Shown here piece by piece: positions 35,779-49,002 of a DNA stretch of 64,000 bases. Both the position numbers and the translations under genes were made by a program. This DNA is from Macrostomum lignano. Its lineage: Eukaryota. Below the pieces are notes generated by a model that was not told the origin of the DNA, searched no databases, and saw only the letters and a list, made by a program, of their open reading frames with translations. The DNA lies in assembly GCA_002269645.1 (NCBI GenBank), contig NIVC01001391.1, forward strand, positions 1-64,000, given 5' to 3'. Within the stretch, counting starts at the first letter, position 1, and each line of letters starts with the position of its first letter.

Positions 35779-37589
35779 TATATATTTTATACGATTATCT
35801 TGCAAACTTGGGTATTGATGCAAGTGTTGTACACTCTTTCAAAGGGATTCGAGATTTTAGCGACTTATGTCAATTGCAAAAAAAATTGACAGTTAAAACC
35901 TGCTTCCAGTGTCAGGTTTAGTTATATAGAGGCGATCTAACCTGAATAGTTCATACATATGTAAATATAATACTTTTTGCAGGCATTTATTACCTGCGAT
36001 TCGATGACCGAGAACTAACCTACAACACCTGTCTGGCTTAAGCCAAAAGCACATCGACGTTGAAAATTCAGCAGGACAAAAGTTAAAAGTTATCGCTGTA
36101 AATATATTAACAAGTAAAACAAATCTACAAAAACTTGTAACTTTTAAGTGTAACTATATGATATGAGTATTCTTTAGAATAAATTCATTTTTTTTCATTT
36201 ATAGCAGTAATACATAAATAGAAAATTCAGCTAAAAATCTAATTTTCGTGCTTTAATTAATTTTCACAAACATACAACTTCAATTTTATAATTTGGTGGT
36301 GGTACATTTGCTAAGACAATTTATCAAGTCCATAGTAGTTTTACTAAAACTTAAGCAAGTAAGTGGATACTTTTCTTTTTTGGATTACTTCTTACTCTTT
36401 ATCCGCATTATGACCAGCTAGATCACATGTATATCGAGGGTCTAAAGTTAATCTTTATTTATTGTTATAATATAGGCCTAGTTGTAAGAAATTCTAATAA
36501 AATCAAATATATATACTAAAATTCCTTTTAGTTATTTATAATATAGCTTATAAAAATTATCTAATTTTGATAAGAAAAGTTATTTAGTTTTAATATTTAA
36601 GGGCTGTCCTAAAAGTAGTGTTATTTTTCATTATATCTCTCATTATAATGATCCAAATAATATCATTTTGCACAAATTTATAGCAGCAATTCTCTTCTTT
36701 AATTAACTTTAAGATCTTTAAAATTAGACACTAGAAACAAAATTTATGAACTAAAATATAGTAGGAGCTTGACTATAAACTTATAGTAAGTTAACAAGCT
36801 AGTATAAAGTAGCAAAAGTACTTTTGATTAAATAAACTCAGACTTATTTGTTAGGCTGCTTTGACAGAGACTTCTATAGAAAAACTTGGAAAAACAAAAA
36901 CTTTTAAAGCAGTCAAATATTTCCCACTAGGCTTTAGCTTCATTGCTTTTTGTTTTCTCCTTTTGCTGCACCAAAAGTCATGGATGTGCATTCAACTGTT
37001 GCTCAGGGAAGTGGGATTTATACCCTTTGGAGGACAAGGCACAGTGCAGCCAAGACTCATGAGCAACTTTCATCGACCTCATAGGTTTAATATAGTCATT
37101 TACTGCAGTTATTGTACACATTTATTGCAGCCAATTACCCATTTTTTCAGTTTCCACTTCAAAATTTTGCTAGCTTTTTAACTTACTGTAGGTCTATGGT
37201 CAAACTCCTACTACATTTGAGTTTATAACTTTTGTTTCCATTGTCTGATTTTAAAGATGTTAAAGTTAACATAAAGAAAAGAGTTGCCGCTAAAAATTTG
37301 TAGAAAATGATATTATTCGGATCATTAGAACAAGACATATAATGAAAAGTAACACTACTATAGCCTTCATATTATTGTTAATATTTATAAATACTATAGT
37401 TAATTTGAAAGCCATTATATTGCAACTCTCTTTAACAACTATTGTTCTTCATTTTCCATTGCTTATCTTACTTGAATTTGTATTATACCTTTTTAATTTT
37501 GCATCACCTAGCCTACTTGCCTTTATCACCTATTGGCAAACTATTTGTCTCTGCATTTACCAAAGCTTTCCTGACTTTGCATCATCTAG

Positions 37590-38425
37590 TCTCACTAACT
37601 CTGCATCACCTATTGTCCTGACTCTGCATCACCTATTGTCCTGACTCTGCATCACCTATTGTCCTGACTCTGCATCACCTATTGTCCTGACTCTGCATCA
37701 CCTATTGTCCTGACTCTGCATCGCCTATTGTCCTGACTCTGCATCACCTATTGTCCTGACTCTGCATCACCTATTGTCCTGACTCTGCATCACCTATTGT
37801 CCTGACTCTGCATCACCTATTGTCCTGACTCTGCATCACCCAACCGCTGACACTATATAATCAAGTCTCCCTGTGTCTGCATCACCCAGCCTCCTTGACT
37901 CTGCATCACCTAGCCTCTTTGCCTCTGCATCAACCAGCCTCCATGACTCTGCATCACCCAGCCTCCTTGACTCTGCATCACCCAGCCTCCTTGACTCTGC
38001 ATCACCCAGCCTCTTTGCCTCTGCATCACCCAGCCTCCTTGACTCTGCATCACCCAGTCTACCTGACTCTGCATCACCTAGCCTCTTTGCCTCTGCATCA
38101 CCCAGTATCCTTGACTCTGCACCACCCAGTCTCCCTGACTCTGCATCACCCAGCCTCCCTGACTTTGCATCATCAAGTCTCCTTGCCTCTGCATCACCGA
38201 CACCCAGCCTCCTTGACTCTGCATCACCCAGTCTCCCTGACTCTGCATCACCTAGCCTCTTTGCCTCTGCATCACTTAGCCTCCCTGACTCTGCATCACC
38301 CAGCCTCCCTGACTCTGCATCACCCAGCCTCCCTGACTCTGCATCATCAAGTCTCCCTGCCTCTGCATCACCGACACCCAGCCTCCTTGACTCTGCATCA
38401 CCCAGCCTCCTTGACTCTGCACTGC
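37590..38425. repeat. Related 23-bp (37590-37840) and 24-bp (37870-38425) minisatellites sharing GACTCTGCATCACC
   Basis: Direct tandem copies ending about 15 nt before the RNF144 acceptor at 38440. Confidence 0.93.
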
Positions 38426-38447
38426 CCAACCTTCCCGCAGCCGACAG

Positions 38448-40113
38448 ATGCTGCAGAGGCTGTCAGGCAGGAAGCGCAGCGGCCGCAGCCAGTGCAAGCT
38501 GTGTATGGAAGACGTTGCTAAGTCGGACATGATGACGCTAAGAGACTGCGGTTGCGCCTTCTGCCGGCCCTGCATGGAGCGCTACGTGACGCTGTTGATC
38601 AGAGAGGGCAACGTCGGCTTCATCAGCTGCCCAGACGGCGCCTGCTCCCGCATCGGCGAGCTGCTCCCCAGCGAGATCGAGTCGCTGTGCTCTGCCCAGC
38701 TGTACAGGCGCTACTTGCACCTGTGCTTCCTCAAGGAAGTTGAAATGGACCCCAGGCGCACCTTCTGCCCCAGAGCCGGCTGCGAGACCGTCTTCAGCGT
38801 GCCCGGGCCTCGCGACCGGAAATTCTCGCTAGGCCGGCGTCGCCGGAAACGTCCGGAGCGCGGCTGGCGAGTGTCCTGCCCGGCCTGCGGCTTGGTGTTC
38901 TGCTCCCGCTGCAAGCTGGAGTGGCACCGCGGCATCGACTGCGACCAGCAGCTGGCCAGGACGCACGGCATCTTGTTCACGCAGCCGCAGGACGCGCCTG
39001 TGAAGCGGTGCCCAGTGTGCGCCATCCCAATCGAGCGGGATCACGGATGCGCCCAGATGATGTGCAAACGGTGCAGGCACATCTTCTGCTGGTATTGCCT
39101 GGCCAAGCTGGATGTGAGTACCCTGTGTACTTTGCGCATTCTGCTCTGTACTTTTGGCCGGAACTCTTCATATCAGTTGCACTCGTCTCTGTTGTTTGCT
39201 GATCTGCTTCTGCCCTCCTCTGCTTCTGGAGTTTGTGTTTATTATCAGTGCCTACGTATATTGTGTATCATGCCTTCCACTCCCTTCCTTTCCTTACTCC
39301 TTCCAATGTTTCCCCTCTTCCCCTGAATCCCTCTCTCCTTCCTCCTCTCCCTCCCTCCCTCTCTTCTCCCCCCTCTTCTCCCCTCTTCTCTCTCTCTTCT
39401 CCTTGCCCCCTCTCCCCCTCTTCTCCCTTTCCCTCTCCGTCTTCTCCCTCTTCTCCCTCTTCTCCCTCCCTCTCACCTTCTCCTACATGTTCTCTCTTTC
39501 TCTTCTCCCCTCCCTGTCTCTACTTCTCCCTCTCCCCCCTCTCCCTGTCCCCCACTTTCATTCTTATATCTTTCATCTGCCTGTGTCCGTTCCCCGGGGC
39601 CAGCCGCCATATCTGACAACACGCAGCTGGCTGCAGGTATCGAACTCTGCCCGTGTCTGCAATGCTTGTGCTGCTCTCAGCCTCACAGCTTCCTGTATTG
39701 TCGGTTTGAGTGCCAGAGTCCTTAAAAATAGCAGCATTCAATTCTGGGCATTGGATCTGTTCAACAGTCTGGCTGCTATTAATAGAGCCGATGCCATGCC
39801 AGATTAGTTCACTTTCTGGCCGCCCGCTACCCTATTGGAATGCATTCGCTGTGTCTGTATCGAAATTCGCGGCCTGCGCACTGCACTAAGTCTAGTATTT
39901 CATATAGGGCTTTTTACTGAAGAAATTGTACCGATTTTACACTTTCGGGGATCGAAGCTACCGAGGCTCCAACATCTGCGCCTGCTAGTTTTAATCCTCA
40001 AATCGCGCCCTTTTTTACTTTGCAGGGCGACTTCTTTCTTCGTCACTATGACAACGGGCCGTGCCGGTACAAACTGGGCCACTCAAGGGCTTCGCTGATG
40101 CTGCACCGGGTTC

Positions 40114-40192
<79 letters not shown>

Positions 40193-43100
40193 TTAGCTTC
40201 CGTGTCCCCGCAGTCCTGGACTCGATCTCCGCTGTGCTTTAGCTTCCGTGTCCCCGCAGTCCTGGACTCGATCTCCGCTGTGCTTTAGCTCCGTGTCCCC
40301 GCAGTCCTGGACTCGATCTCCGCTGTGCTTTAGCCTCCGTGTCCCCGCAGTCCTGGACTCGATCTCCGCTGTGCTTTAGCCTCCGTGTCCCCGCAGTCCT
40401 GGACTCGATCTCCGCTGTGCTTTAGCTCCGTGTCCCCGCAGTCCTGGACTCGATCTCCGCTGTGCTTTAGCTCCGTGTCCCCGCAGTCCTGGACTCGATC
40501 TCCGCTGTGCTTTAGCTTCGTGTCCCCGCAGTCCTGGACTCGATCTCCGCTGTGCTTTAGCTTCCGTGTCCCCGCAGTCCTGGACTCGATCTCCGCTGTG
40601 CTTTAGCTTCCGTGTCCCCGCAGTCCTGGACTCGATCTCCGCTGTGCTTTAGCTCCGTGTCCCCGCAGTCCTGGACTCGATCTCCGCTGTGCTTTAGCTT
40701 CCATGTCCCCGCAGTCCTGGACTCGATCTCCGCTGTGCTTTAGCTTCCATGTCCCCGCAGTCCTGGACTCGATCTCCGCTGTGCTTTAGCTCCGTGTCCC
40801 CGCAGTCCTGGACTCGATCTCCGCTGTGCTTTAGCTCCGTGTCCCCGCAGTCCTGGACTCGATCTCCGCTGTGCTTTAGCTTCCATGTCCCCGCAGTCCT
40901 GGACTCGATCTCCGCTGTGCTTTAGCTTCCGTGTCCCCGCAGTCCTGGACTCGATCTCCGCTGTGCTTTAGCTTCCGTGTCCCCGCAGTCCTGGACTCGA
41001 TCTCCGCTGTGCTTTAGCTTCCGTGTCCCCGCAGTCCTGGACTCGATCTCCGCTGTGCTTTAGCTTCCATGTCCCCGCAGTCCTGGACTCGATCTCCGCT
41101 GTGCTTTAGCTTCCATGTCCCCGCAGTCCTGGACTCGATCTCCGCTGTGCTTTAGCTTCCGTGTCCCCGCAGTCCTGGACTCGATCTCCGCTGTGCTTTA
41201 GCTCCGTGTCCCCGCAGTCCTGGACTCGATCTCCGCTGTGCTTTAGCTCCTTGTCCCCGCAGTCCTGGACTCGATCTCCGCTGTGCTTTAGCTCCGTGTC
41301 CCCGCAGTCCTGGACTCGATCTCCGCTGTGCTTTAGCTTCCATGTCCCCGCAGTCCTGGACTCGATCTCCGCTGTGCTTTAGCTCCGTGTCCCCGCAGTC
41401 CTGGACTCGATCTCCGCTGTGCTTTAGCTTCCATGTCCCCGCAGTCCTGGACTCGATCTCCGCTGTGCTTTAGCTTCCATGTCCCCGCAGTCCTGGACTC
41501 GATCTCCGCTGTGCTTTAGCTCCGTGTCCCCGCAGTCCTGGACTCGATCTCCGCTGTGCTTTAGCTTCCGTGTCCCCGCAGTCCTGGACTCGATCTCCGC
41601 TGTGCTTTAGCTCCGTGTCCCCGCAGTCCTGGACTCGATCTCCGCTGTGCTTTAGCTTCCATGTTCCCGCAGTCCTGGACTCGATCTCCGCTGTGCTTTA
41701 GCTTCCGTGTCCCCGCAGTCCTGGACTCGATCTCCGCTGTGCTTTAGCTTCCGTGTCCCCGCAGTCCTGGACTCGATCTCCGCTGTGCTTTAGCTTCCGT
41801 GTCCCCGCAGTCCTGGACTCGATCTCCGCTGTGCTTTAGCTTCCATGTCCCCGCAGTCCTGGACTCGATCTCCGCTGTGCTTTAGCTTCCGTGTCCCCGC
41901 AGTCCTGGACTCGATCTCCGCTGTGCTTTAGCTTCCGTGTCCCCGCAGTCCTGGACTCGATCTCCGCTGTGCTTTAGCTTCCGTGTCCCCGCAGTCCTGG
42001 ACTCGATCTCCGCTGTGCTTTAGCTTCCGTGTCCCCGCAGTCCTGGACTCGATCTCCGCTGTGCTTTAGCTTCCGTGTCCCCGCAGTCCTGGACTCGATC
42101 TCCGCTGTGCTTTAGCTTCCATGTCCCCGCAGTCCTGGACTCGATCTCCGCTGTGCTTTAGCTCTGTGTCCCCGCAGTCCTGGACTCGATCTCCGCTGTG
42201 CTTTAGCTCCGTGTCCCCGCAGTCCTGGACTCGATCTCCGCTGTGCTTTAGCTTCCGTGTCCCCGCAGTCCTGGACTCGATCTCCGCTGTGCTTTAGCTT
42301 CCGTGTCCCCGCAGTCCTGGACTCGATCTCCGCTGTGCTTTAGCTTCCATGTCCCCGCAGTCCTGGACTCGATCTCCGCTGTGCTTTAGCTCTGTGTCCC
42401 CGCAGTCCTGGACTCGATCTCCGCTGTGCTTTAGCTCCGTGTCCCCGCAGTCCTGGACTCGATCTCCGCTGTGCTTTAGCTCCGTGTCCCCGCAGTCCTG
42501 GACTCGATCTCCGCTGTGCTTTAGCTTCCATGTCCCCGCAGTCCTGGACTCGATCTCCGTTGTGCTTTAGCTTCCATGTCCCCGCAGTCCTGGACTCGAT
42601 CTCCGCTGTGCTTTAGCTCCGTGTCCCCGCAGTCCTGGACTCGATCTCCGCTGTGCTTTAGCTTCCATGTCCCCGCAGTCCTGGACTCGATCTCCGCTGT
42701 GCTTTAGCTTCCATGTCCCCGCAGTCCTGGACTCGATCTCCGCTGTGCTTTAGCTTCCGTGTCCCCGCAGTCCTGGACTCGATCTCCGCTGTGCTTTAGC
42801 TCCGTGTCCCCGCAGTCCTGGACTCGATCTCCGCTGTGCTTTAGCTTCCATGTCCCCGCAGTCCTGGACTCGATCTCCGCTGTGCTTTAGCTTCCATGTC
42901 CCCGCAGTCCTGGACTCGATCTCCGCTGTGCTTTAGCTTCCGTGTCCCCGCAGTCCTGGACTCGATCTCCGCTGTGCTTTAGCTTCCGTGTCCCCGCAGT
43001 CCTGGACTCGATCTCCGCTGTGCTTTAGCTTCCGTGTCCCCGCAGTCCTGGACTCGATCTCCGCTGTGCTTTAGCTTCCGTGTCCCCGCAGTCCTGGACT

Positions 43101-44688
43101 CGATCTCCGCTGTGCTTTAGCTTCCGTGTCCCCGCAGTCCTGGACTCGATCTCCGCTGTGCTTTAGCTTCCATGTCCCCGCAGTCCTGGACTCGATCTCC
43201 GCTGTGCTTTAGCTCCGTGTCCCCGCAGTCCTGGACTCGATCTCCGCTGTGCTTTAGCTCCGTGTCCCCGCAGTCCTGGACTCGATCTCCGCTGTGCTTT
43301 AGCTTCCGTGTCCCCGCAGTCCTGGACTCGATCTCCGCTGTGCTTTAGCTTCCGTGTCCCCGCAGTCCTGGACTCGATCTCCGCTGTGCTTTAGCTTCCA
43401 TGTCCCCGCAGTCCTGGACTCGATCTCCGCTGTGCTTTAGCTCTGTGTCCCCGCAGTCCTGGACTCGATCTCCGCTGTGCTTTAGCTCCGTGTCCCCGCA
43501 GTCCTGGACTCGATCTCCGCTGTGCTTTAGCTCCGTGTCCCCGCAGTCCTGGACTCGATCTCCGCTGTGCTTTAGCTTCCATGTCCCCGCAGTCCTGGAC
43601 TCGATCTCCGTTGTGCTTTAGCTTCCATGTCCCCGCAGTCCTGGACTCGATCTCCGCTGTGCTTTAGCTCCGTGTCCCCGCAGTCCTGGACTCGATCTCC
43701 GCTGTGCTTTAGCTTCCATGTCCCCGCAGTCCTGGACTCGATCTCCGCTGTGCTTTAGCTTCCATGTCCCCGCAGTCCTGGACTCGATCTCCGCTGTGCT
43801 TTAGCTTCCGTGTCCCCGCAGTCCTGGACTCGATCTCCGCTGTGCTTTAGCTCCGTGTCCCCGCAGTCCTGGACTCGATCTCCGCTGTGCTTTAGCTTCC
43901 ATGTCCCCGCAGTCCTGGACTCGATCTCCGCTGTGCTTTAGCTTCCGTGTCCCCGCAGTCCTGGACTCGATCTCCGCTGTGCTTTAGCTTCCATGTCCCC
44001 GCAGTCCTGGACTCGATCTCCGCTGTGCTTTAGCTTCCGTGTCCCCGCAGTCCTGGACTCGATCTCCGCTGTGCTTTAGCTTCCGTGTCCCCGCAGTCCT
44101 GGACTCGATCTCCGCTGTGCTTTAGCTTCCGTGTCCCCGCAGTCCTGGACTCGATCTCCGCTGTGCTTTAGCTTCCGTGTCCCCGCAGTCCTGGACTCGA
44201 TCTCCGCTGTGCTTTAGCTTCCGTGTCCCCGCAGTCCTGGACTGTAGTGCCCAACAAGCAGCCCTAGCGAATCCCACAGTGTTGCTAATATTGACAAGCG
44301 ATTCGCCGTGCAGGTTGGCGCCATCTTCTTCGGCTTCTCCCTGCTGGTGGTGATCGTCAGCCCCTTCGTGCTGCTGGCGGCCCCCTTCATCCTCTGCTGC
44401 AAGTGCCGCTCCCTCTGCCGCCGCTGCCGAGCCGACGCCAACGATGGCGACTCGTGCGTCGGCGACGAGACCGGAGGCTGCGGCGGCAGCGGCGACGCGC
44501 CCGCCTTCACCGACGCCACGCTGCGCCTGTTTGGCGCCGAAGCGGCTTCCAGCGAAGGCGATTCGGCGATCGCACTGACGCCGGCGGCAGCGGTGGCCGA
44601 GGCGGGCGCCGCCGCGGAAGCGGAGACGCGGGTGGAGGTGCAGGTTGTGCGGGCTGAGGTCACGGCAGAGGCGGAGGCTGACTGCTGA
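38448..44688 (+). CDS. RNF144: RBR E3 ubiquitin ligase, RNF144 family (at least 376 aa)
   Basis: Exons 38448-39113 (acceptor at 38440), 40026-40115 and 44314-44688. RING1 CKLC..C.CAFCRPC, IBR, RING2 [28 protein letters not shown], then [20 protein letters not shown] segment ..[17 protein letters not shown] possible upstream coding micro-exon at 37059-37084 is phase-compatible but uncertain. Confidence 0.93.
40116..40190. repeat. (GT)n microsatellite beginning at the splice donor itself
   Basis: CAG|GTGTGT.. runs for 75 nt. Confidence 0.98.
40191..44243. repeat. 44/45-bp minisatellite, about 91 copies, filling an RNF144 intron
   Basis: Unit GTGTCCCCGCAGTCCTGGACTCGATCTCCGCTGTGCTTTAGCT(T)CC. 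Confidence 0.98.
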
Positions 44689-45049
44689 GACGGTCATCTG
44701 TGATACAGCAGCCGGACTTCCCTGGCACAGGTGGAGACTTTTTTAATGCACCTGTAAATCGCGACTCGCGCAGATTAAGAGTCTGATTTACTTTGATGCC
44801 TATTGTGAGCACTTTGCTGTCCTGTTGTTAGCTGTAACCTGAGCTTAGATATGGAAAGCCTTGGCAGCCCGGCTGTGTGCCCGTCCGGCAAATTGTGGCT
44901 GAAAGTCTTTGATTTTGTTTTGTCTCATGATCCACCTGAATCTCATCACTCCTGTCTCCCTCTATCTTACCCCTCTTACCCATTTTCTCTCCCCCATATC
45001 TCCCTGTCTTACTCTTTTTCTCTTGCTACGAGTACATTTGAGGATCTCA

Positions 45050-45480
45050 CTCTATCTCTTTCTAGATCTCCCTACCTCACTCTTTATATCTCCCTACATC
45101 TCCCAATCTCACTCTTCATCTCCCTAAGTCTCCCTGTCTCTCTCCCTACATCTCCCTATCTCACTCTTCATCTCCCTAAGCCTCACTCTTTATCTCTCCC
45201 TACATCTCCTTATCTCACTCTTTATCTCTCCCTACATCTCCTTATCTCACCCTTCATCTCCCTACATCTCCCTGTCTCACTCTTTATCTCTCCCTACATC
45301 TCCCTGTCTCACTCTTTATCTCTCCCTACATCTCCCTGTCTCACTCTTTATCTCTCTCTACATCTCCCTGTCTCACTCTTTATCTCTCCCTACATCTCCC
45401 TGTCTCACTCTTTATCTCTCCCTACATCTCCCTGTCTCACTCTTTATCTTTCTCTACATCTCTCTATCTCACCCTTCCCT
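45050..45480. repeat. About 30-bp CT-rich minisatellite
   Basis: TCTCCCTACATCTCCCTGTCTCACTCTTTA units. Confidence 0.85.
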
Positions 45481-46109
45481 TTCCTGGAAATCTCAATTTA
45501 TATTTCGCTAGGCGAAAGTTCTTTAGCTAGTTGTCTCCTACCTAAATCTCACATATTTTCCCCAATTTTCCATTAGTCTCACTCTTTTTCTCCCTACATC
45601 TTATATAGTACCATCCTTTTCTCACAATAATCTCGCTAATCCCAATCTCAGCAGTGTTCATGTCCCTCTGAGTATCCCTCTGAGTGAATGTCCTTCTGAG
45701 CGCAACTATCGCATTATTTGAAATTCTTCACTACGCAGTCATTCGCAGCACTTAAACTGAATGTACTTTTGCAAATCGGCGTATTCTATCTCTTTTGCAT
45801 TTGTTCGCTCCGCTGTTCGGCCCGGGCGGACAAATTCCTGTTGCATATTTGTTTTAGTCGATCAAATATGGGAACAATGGCTTGGCTTGTTTTGTAGTGT
45901 TTTATTAAGTAGTATAAAAAGGATTTTTGCCGCGAAAATTGTAATCTTCAGCTTTGCTTTCTCAGTCAGTGCGAGCGAATCAGCTTATTATTTTGTATTT
46001 AAATCTGCTTAGTCAGACTGCTTCGATTGCAGCAGCTTTTTGTCCTTCATCTGATCGTCTTTTTCTCTGCTTAACCTTCAAGTAGCGCTGCTGTTTTGCA
46101 CGCTGGCTA

Positions 46110-46370
46110 AGCTGGTGGGGAGATGGGTGGTTGGTGGGGAGATGGGTGGTTGGTGGGGAGATGGGCGGTTGGGTGAGGAGATGGGCGGTTGGTGGGGAGA
46201 TGGGCGGTTGGGTGAGGAGATGGGCGGTTGGTGGGGAGATGGGTGGTTGGTGGGGAGATGGGCGGTTGGGTGAGGAGATGGGCGGTTGGTGGGGAGATGG
46301 GCGGTTGGGTGAGGAGATGGGCGGTTGGTGGGGAGATGGGTGGTTGGGTGGGGAGATGGGTGGTTGGGTG
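46110..46370. repeat. G-rich minisatellite of about 19-20 bp (GGGAGATGGGCGGTTGGTG)
   Basis: Direct tandem copies. Confidence 0.85.
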
Positions 46371-47060
46371 GTGAGGCGGGTTGTTAGTTGAGGAGGTGGG
46401 TGGGTTGTTAGGTGGGGAGACGGATTGTTAGGTGGGGAGACGGGAGGTTAGGTGGGCAGGCATGAGGTTGGGTGGGGAGACGGGAGGTTAGGTTTACAGT
46501 GCCCAGGCCATGACAATGCACCGCACCAGCTTAGCCATTTAGTATCTGACGCCTCTATTAAGAAGCCTGAAATCACATAGCAAAATGTTTTGCATCTTGA
46601 TCACCTGTACTATATGTTTGTGTTTATAGCGTTTTTAGCAGCAGCAGAACTGATGACAGTTGCAGATCATTGCACATCCTGGATTTTCCTGCGTTTACTG
46701 GCTCGTTCAGCTTGCCAATATAATGCCGCCCCCCCCCCCTGATGCCAACTGCTTTGCTGATCGCATGGCCCTGCAGGTGGCCGCAGCTGGCTATTTTTGT
46801 GTGCAGGCTGCCGCCCAAGGGCCTGCGCCTCCCAGTATTCCCGCGATCCGCCTGTCCGCTGTCTGTGCGCTGCACGCCTGCTGTGAATAAAATTCATTCT
46901 GAGTCTCTCGCTGCCGGCTCGCGGCAAATCAGAACAGATTGGCGAAAATTCAATTGTTATAAATTGAACTCCTGTAGAACTAATTTTCCATTCTTATTCG
47001 TTTATCCGGTTTTGGAAACAGTGCGTCTGAGTTGGTGAATGCGGCAATTACCGAGAGGTA

Positions 47061-47452
47061 AATGGATTGCTAATCTAGCCTATCATGGGTGCAGGAATAG
47101 AATGGATTGCTAATCTAGCCTATCATGGGTGCAGGAATAGAATGGATTGCTAATCTAGCCTATCATGGGTGCAGGAATAGAATGGATTGCTAATCTAGCC
47201 TATCATGGATGCAGGAATAGAATGGATTGCTAATCTAGCCTATCATGGGTGCAGGAATAGAATGGATTGCTAATCTAGCCTATCATGGGTGCAGGAATAG
47301 AATGGATTGCTAATCTAGCCTATCATGGATGCAGGAATAGAATGGATTGCTAATCTAGCCTATCATGGGTGCAGGAATAGAATGGATTGCTAATCTAGCC
47401 TATCATGGATGCAGGAATAGAATGGATTGCTAATCTAGCCTATCATGGATAA
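47061..47452. repeat. 40-bp minisatellite, about 10 copies
   Basis: AATGGATTGCTAATCTAGCCTATCATGG[G/A]TGCAGGAATAG. Confidence 0.97.
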
Positions 47453-47898
47453 CAGGAATTGGCTGTTTAATCCATGTGCTATCTGAAAGGCACCTGTCCA
47501 ATGCAGTGTTAGGCAGCAGAAGCCAACTGTTGGATCAACGTGACTCAACATTAAAAATCTTTTTGAAGAAAAAGGTTCCTCACTGGACTGGAAGATGCAA
47601 ATATTTTCGGGTTAAGTGGGCTGGCCTCAATTCAATGGGCTGGAAATAGCCCTTACTCGCACAAGAAGTCGCTGCGTGCGTTCCCGTGGTTCTCAAACTG
47701 CAGCCAGCAGCCACTGTTTACTTCATCAAACAATAACGGGCGCAGAGCTGAGATAAAATTCTCGCATGTATTAAAAGCAGCAGTGGCTGTCTGTGGAATT
47801 TGCTTGTGCTCGGAGCAGCGCGAGACCAAATCTCAGAATGCGTTCCACGTGTAGCTCGTAAATAGACTATTCTTTGCCAGCCTTTTGCTGCTCAGTGG

Positions 47899-48159
47899 AT
47901 GCCGGGACCTCCGGTTGCCGAAGTCAACATCGGCGGTCGCCGCCTGCTGACGGCCGTCCTGCTGCTGCTGGTCACCACCGCCTGCGCCTTCGCGGCTGTC
48001 ATCGTCCTGCTTGACGACGACAGCGTCGGGATCGACGGCGAGGCCACCGCTGCCGCTGCTGCGCCGCCTGCGCCAGGCCGGCGGCGGGCTGCCGTCACCC
48101 TGCTGGGCCTCTTTGCCGGAGCTCCGGCTGCCGTGGCCATCGCTTTCTGCCGCGTCTGA
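47899..48159 (+). CDS. Small putative two-transmembrane protein (86 aa), or terminal exon of an unknown gene
   Basis: GC-rich island with G/C-ending codons like the real exons nearby. A pyrimidine tract and CAG acceptor lie 3 nt before the ATG. Two hydrophobic segments (LLTAVLLLLVTTACAFAAVIVLL and AAVTLLGLFAGAPAAVAIAFC). No family recognised. Confidence 0.45.
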   Translation: MPGPPVAEVNIGGRRLLTAVLLLLVTTACAFAAVIVLLDDDSVGIDGEATAAAAAPPAPGRRRAAVTLLGLFAGAPAAVAIAFCRV

Positions 48160-48189
48160 TGGCCCCCAGACCGTCCGAGTGATGACGTC

Positions 48190-48600
48190 ACTCTCTGATG
48201 TTACCCGATAGATGTCTATTCCATAGTCATCTCATGTCTCTTCCTCAGTCATCTCATGTCTCTTCCTCAGTCATCTTATGTCTATTCCATAGTCATCTCA
48301 TGTCTCTTTCATAGTCATCTCATGTCTATTCCATAGTTATCTCATGTCTCTTCCATAGTCATCTCATGTCTCTTCCTCAGTCATCTCATGTCTATTCCAT
48401 AGTCTTCTCATATCTCTTCCATAGTCATCTCCTGTCTATTCCATAGTCTTCTCATGTCTCTTCCATAGTCATCTCATGTCTATTCCATAGTCATCTCATA
48501 TCTATTCCATAGTCATCTCATGTCTATTCCATAGTCATCTCATGTCTATTCCATAGTCATGTCTATCCCTCAGACATCTAATCTCTATCCCTCAGCCATC
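48190..48600. repeat. 22-bp minisatellite (CATAGTCATCTCATGTCTATTC)
   Basis: Direct tandem copies beginning about 30 nt after the small ORF stop. Confidence 0.9.
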
Positions 48601-49002
48601 TCATGTCTATCTCCCAGCCAAATTAAGTCCAGCTTCTTAATTAGGGCTAATCTTCTTTTAACAATATTTTATAGCTTTTTACTCTCTTTACTTTACTAAC
48701 AAGCGCACAGAGCAGTAGTATTTCACTTGCGAGTAGAGTTACATAGTTTTCGTGCTAAATTTAGCTGACAAAATGAAGCAATATTCTTCAATTAAGCTTT
48801 GATCCCTTGTGACTCCTTTGCAAAGAATCAATTTTTAATTAGCTGAAAATCTCTGATCATACCATTGATTTCTCCATCCAAACTTAATTTACAATTGACG
48901 ATTTTTGTTAATTGCTGCTGCCTCATATGAAAATAAAGTAAAAATTGTTCACTAAACTTGCTTGCGTGTTTGAAACACTTGGGAGTGCCTGCGGATCTGG
49001 GG

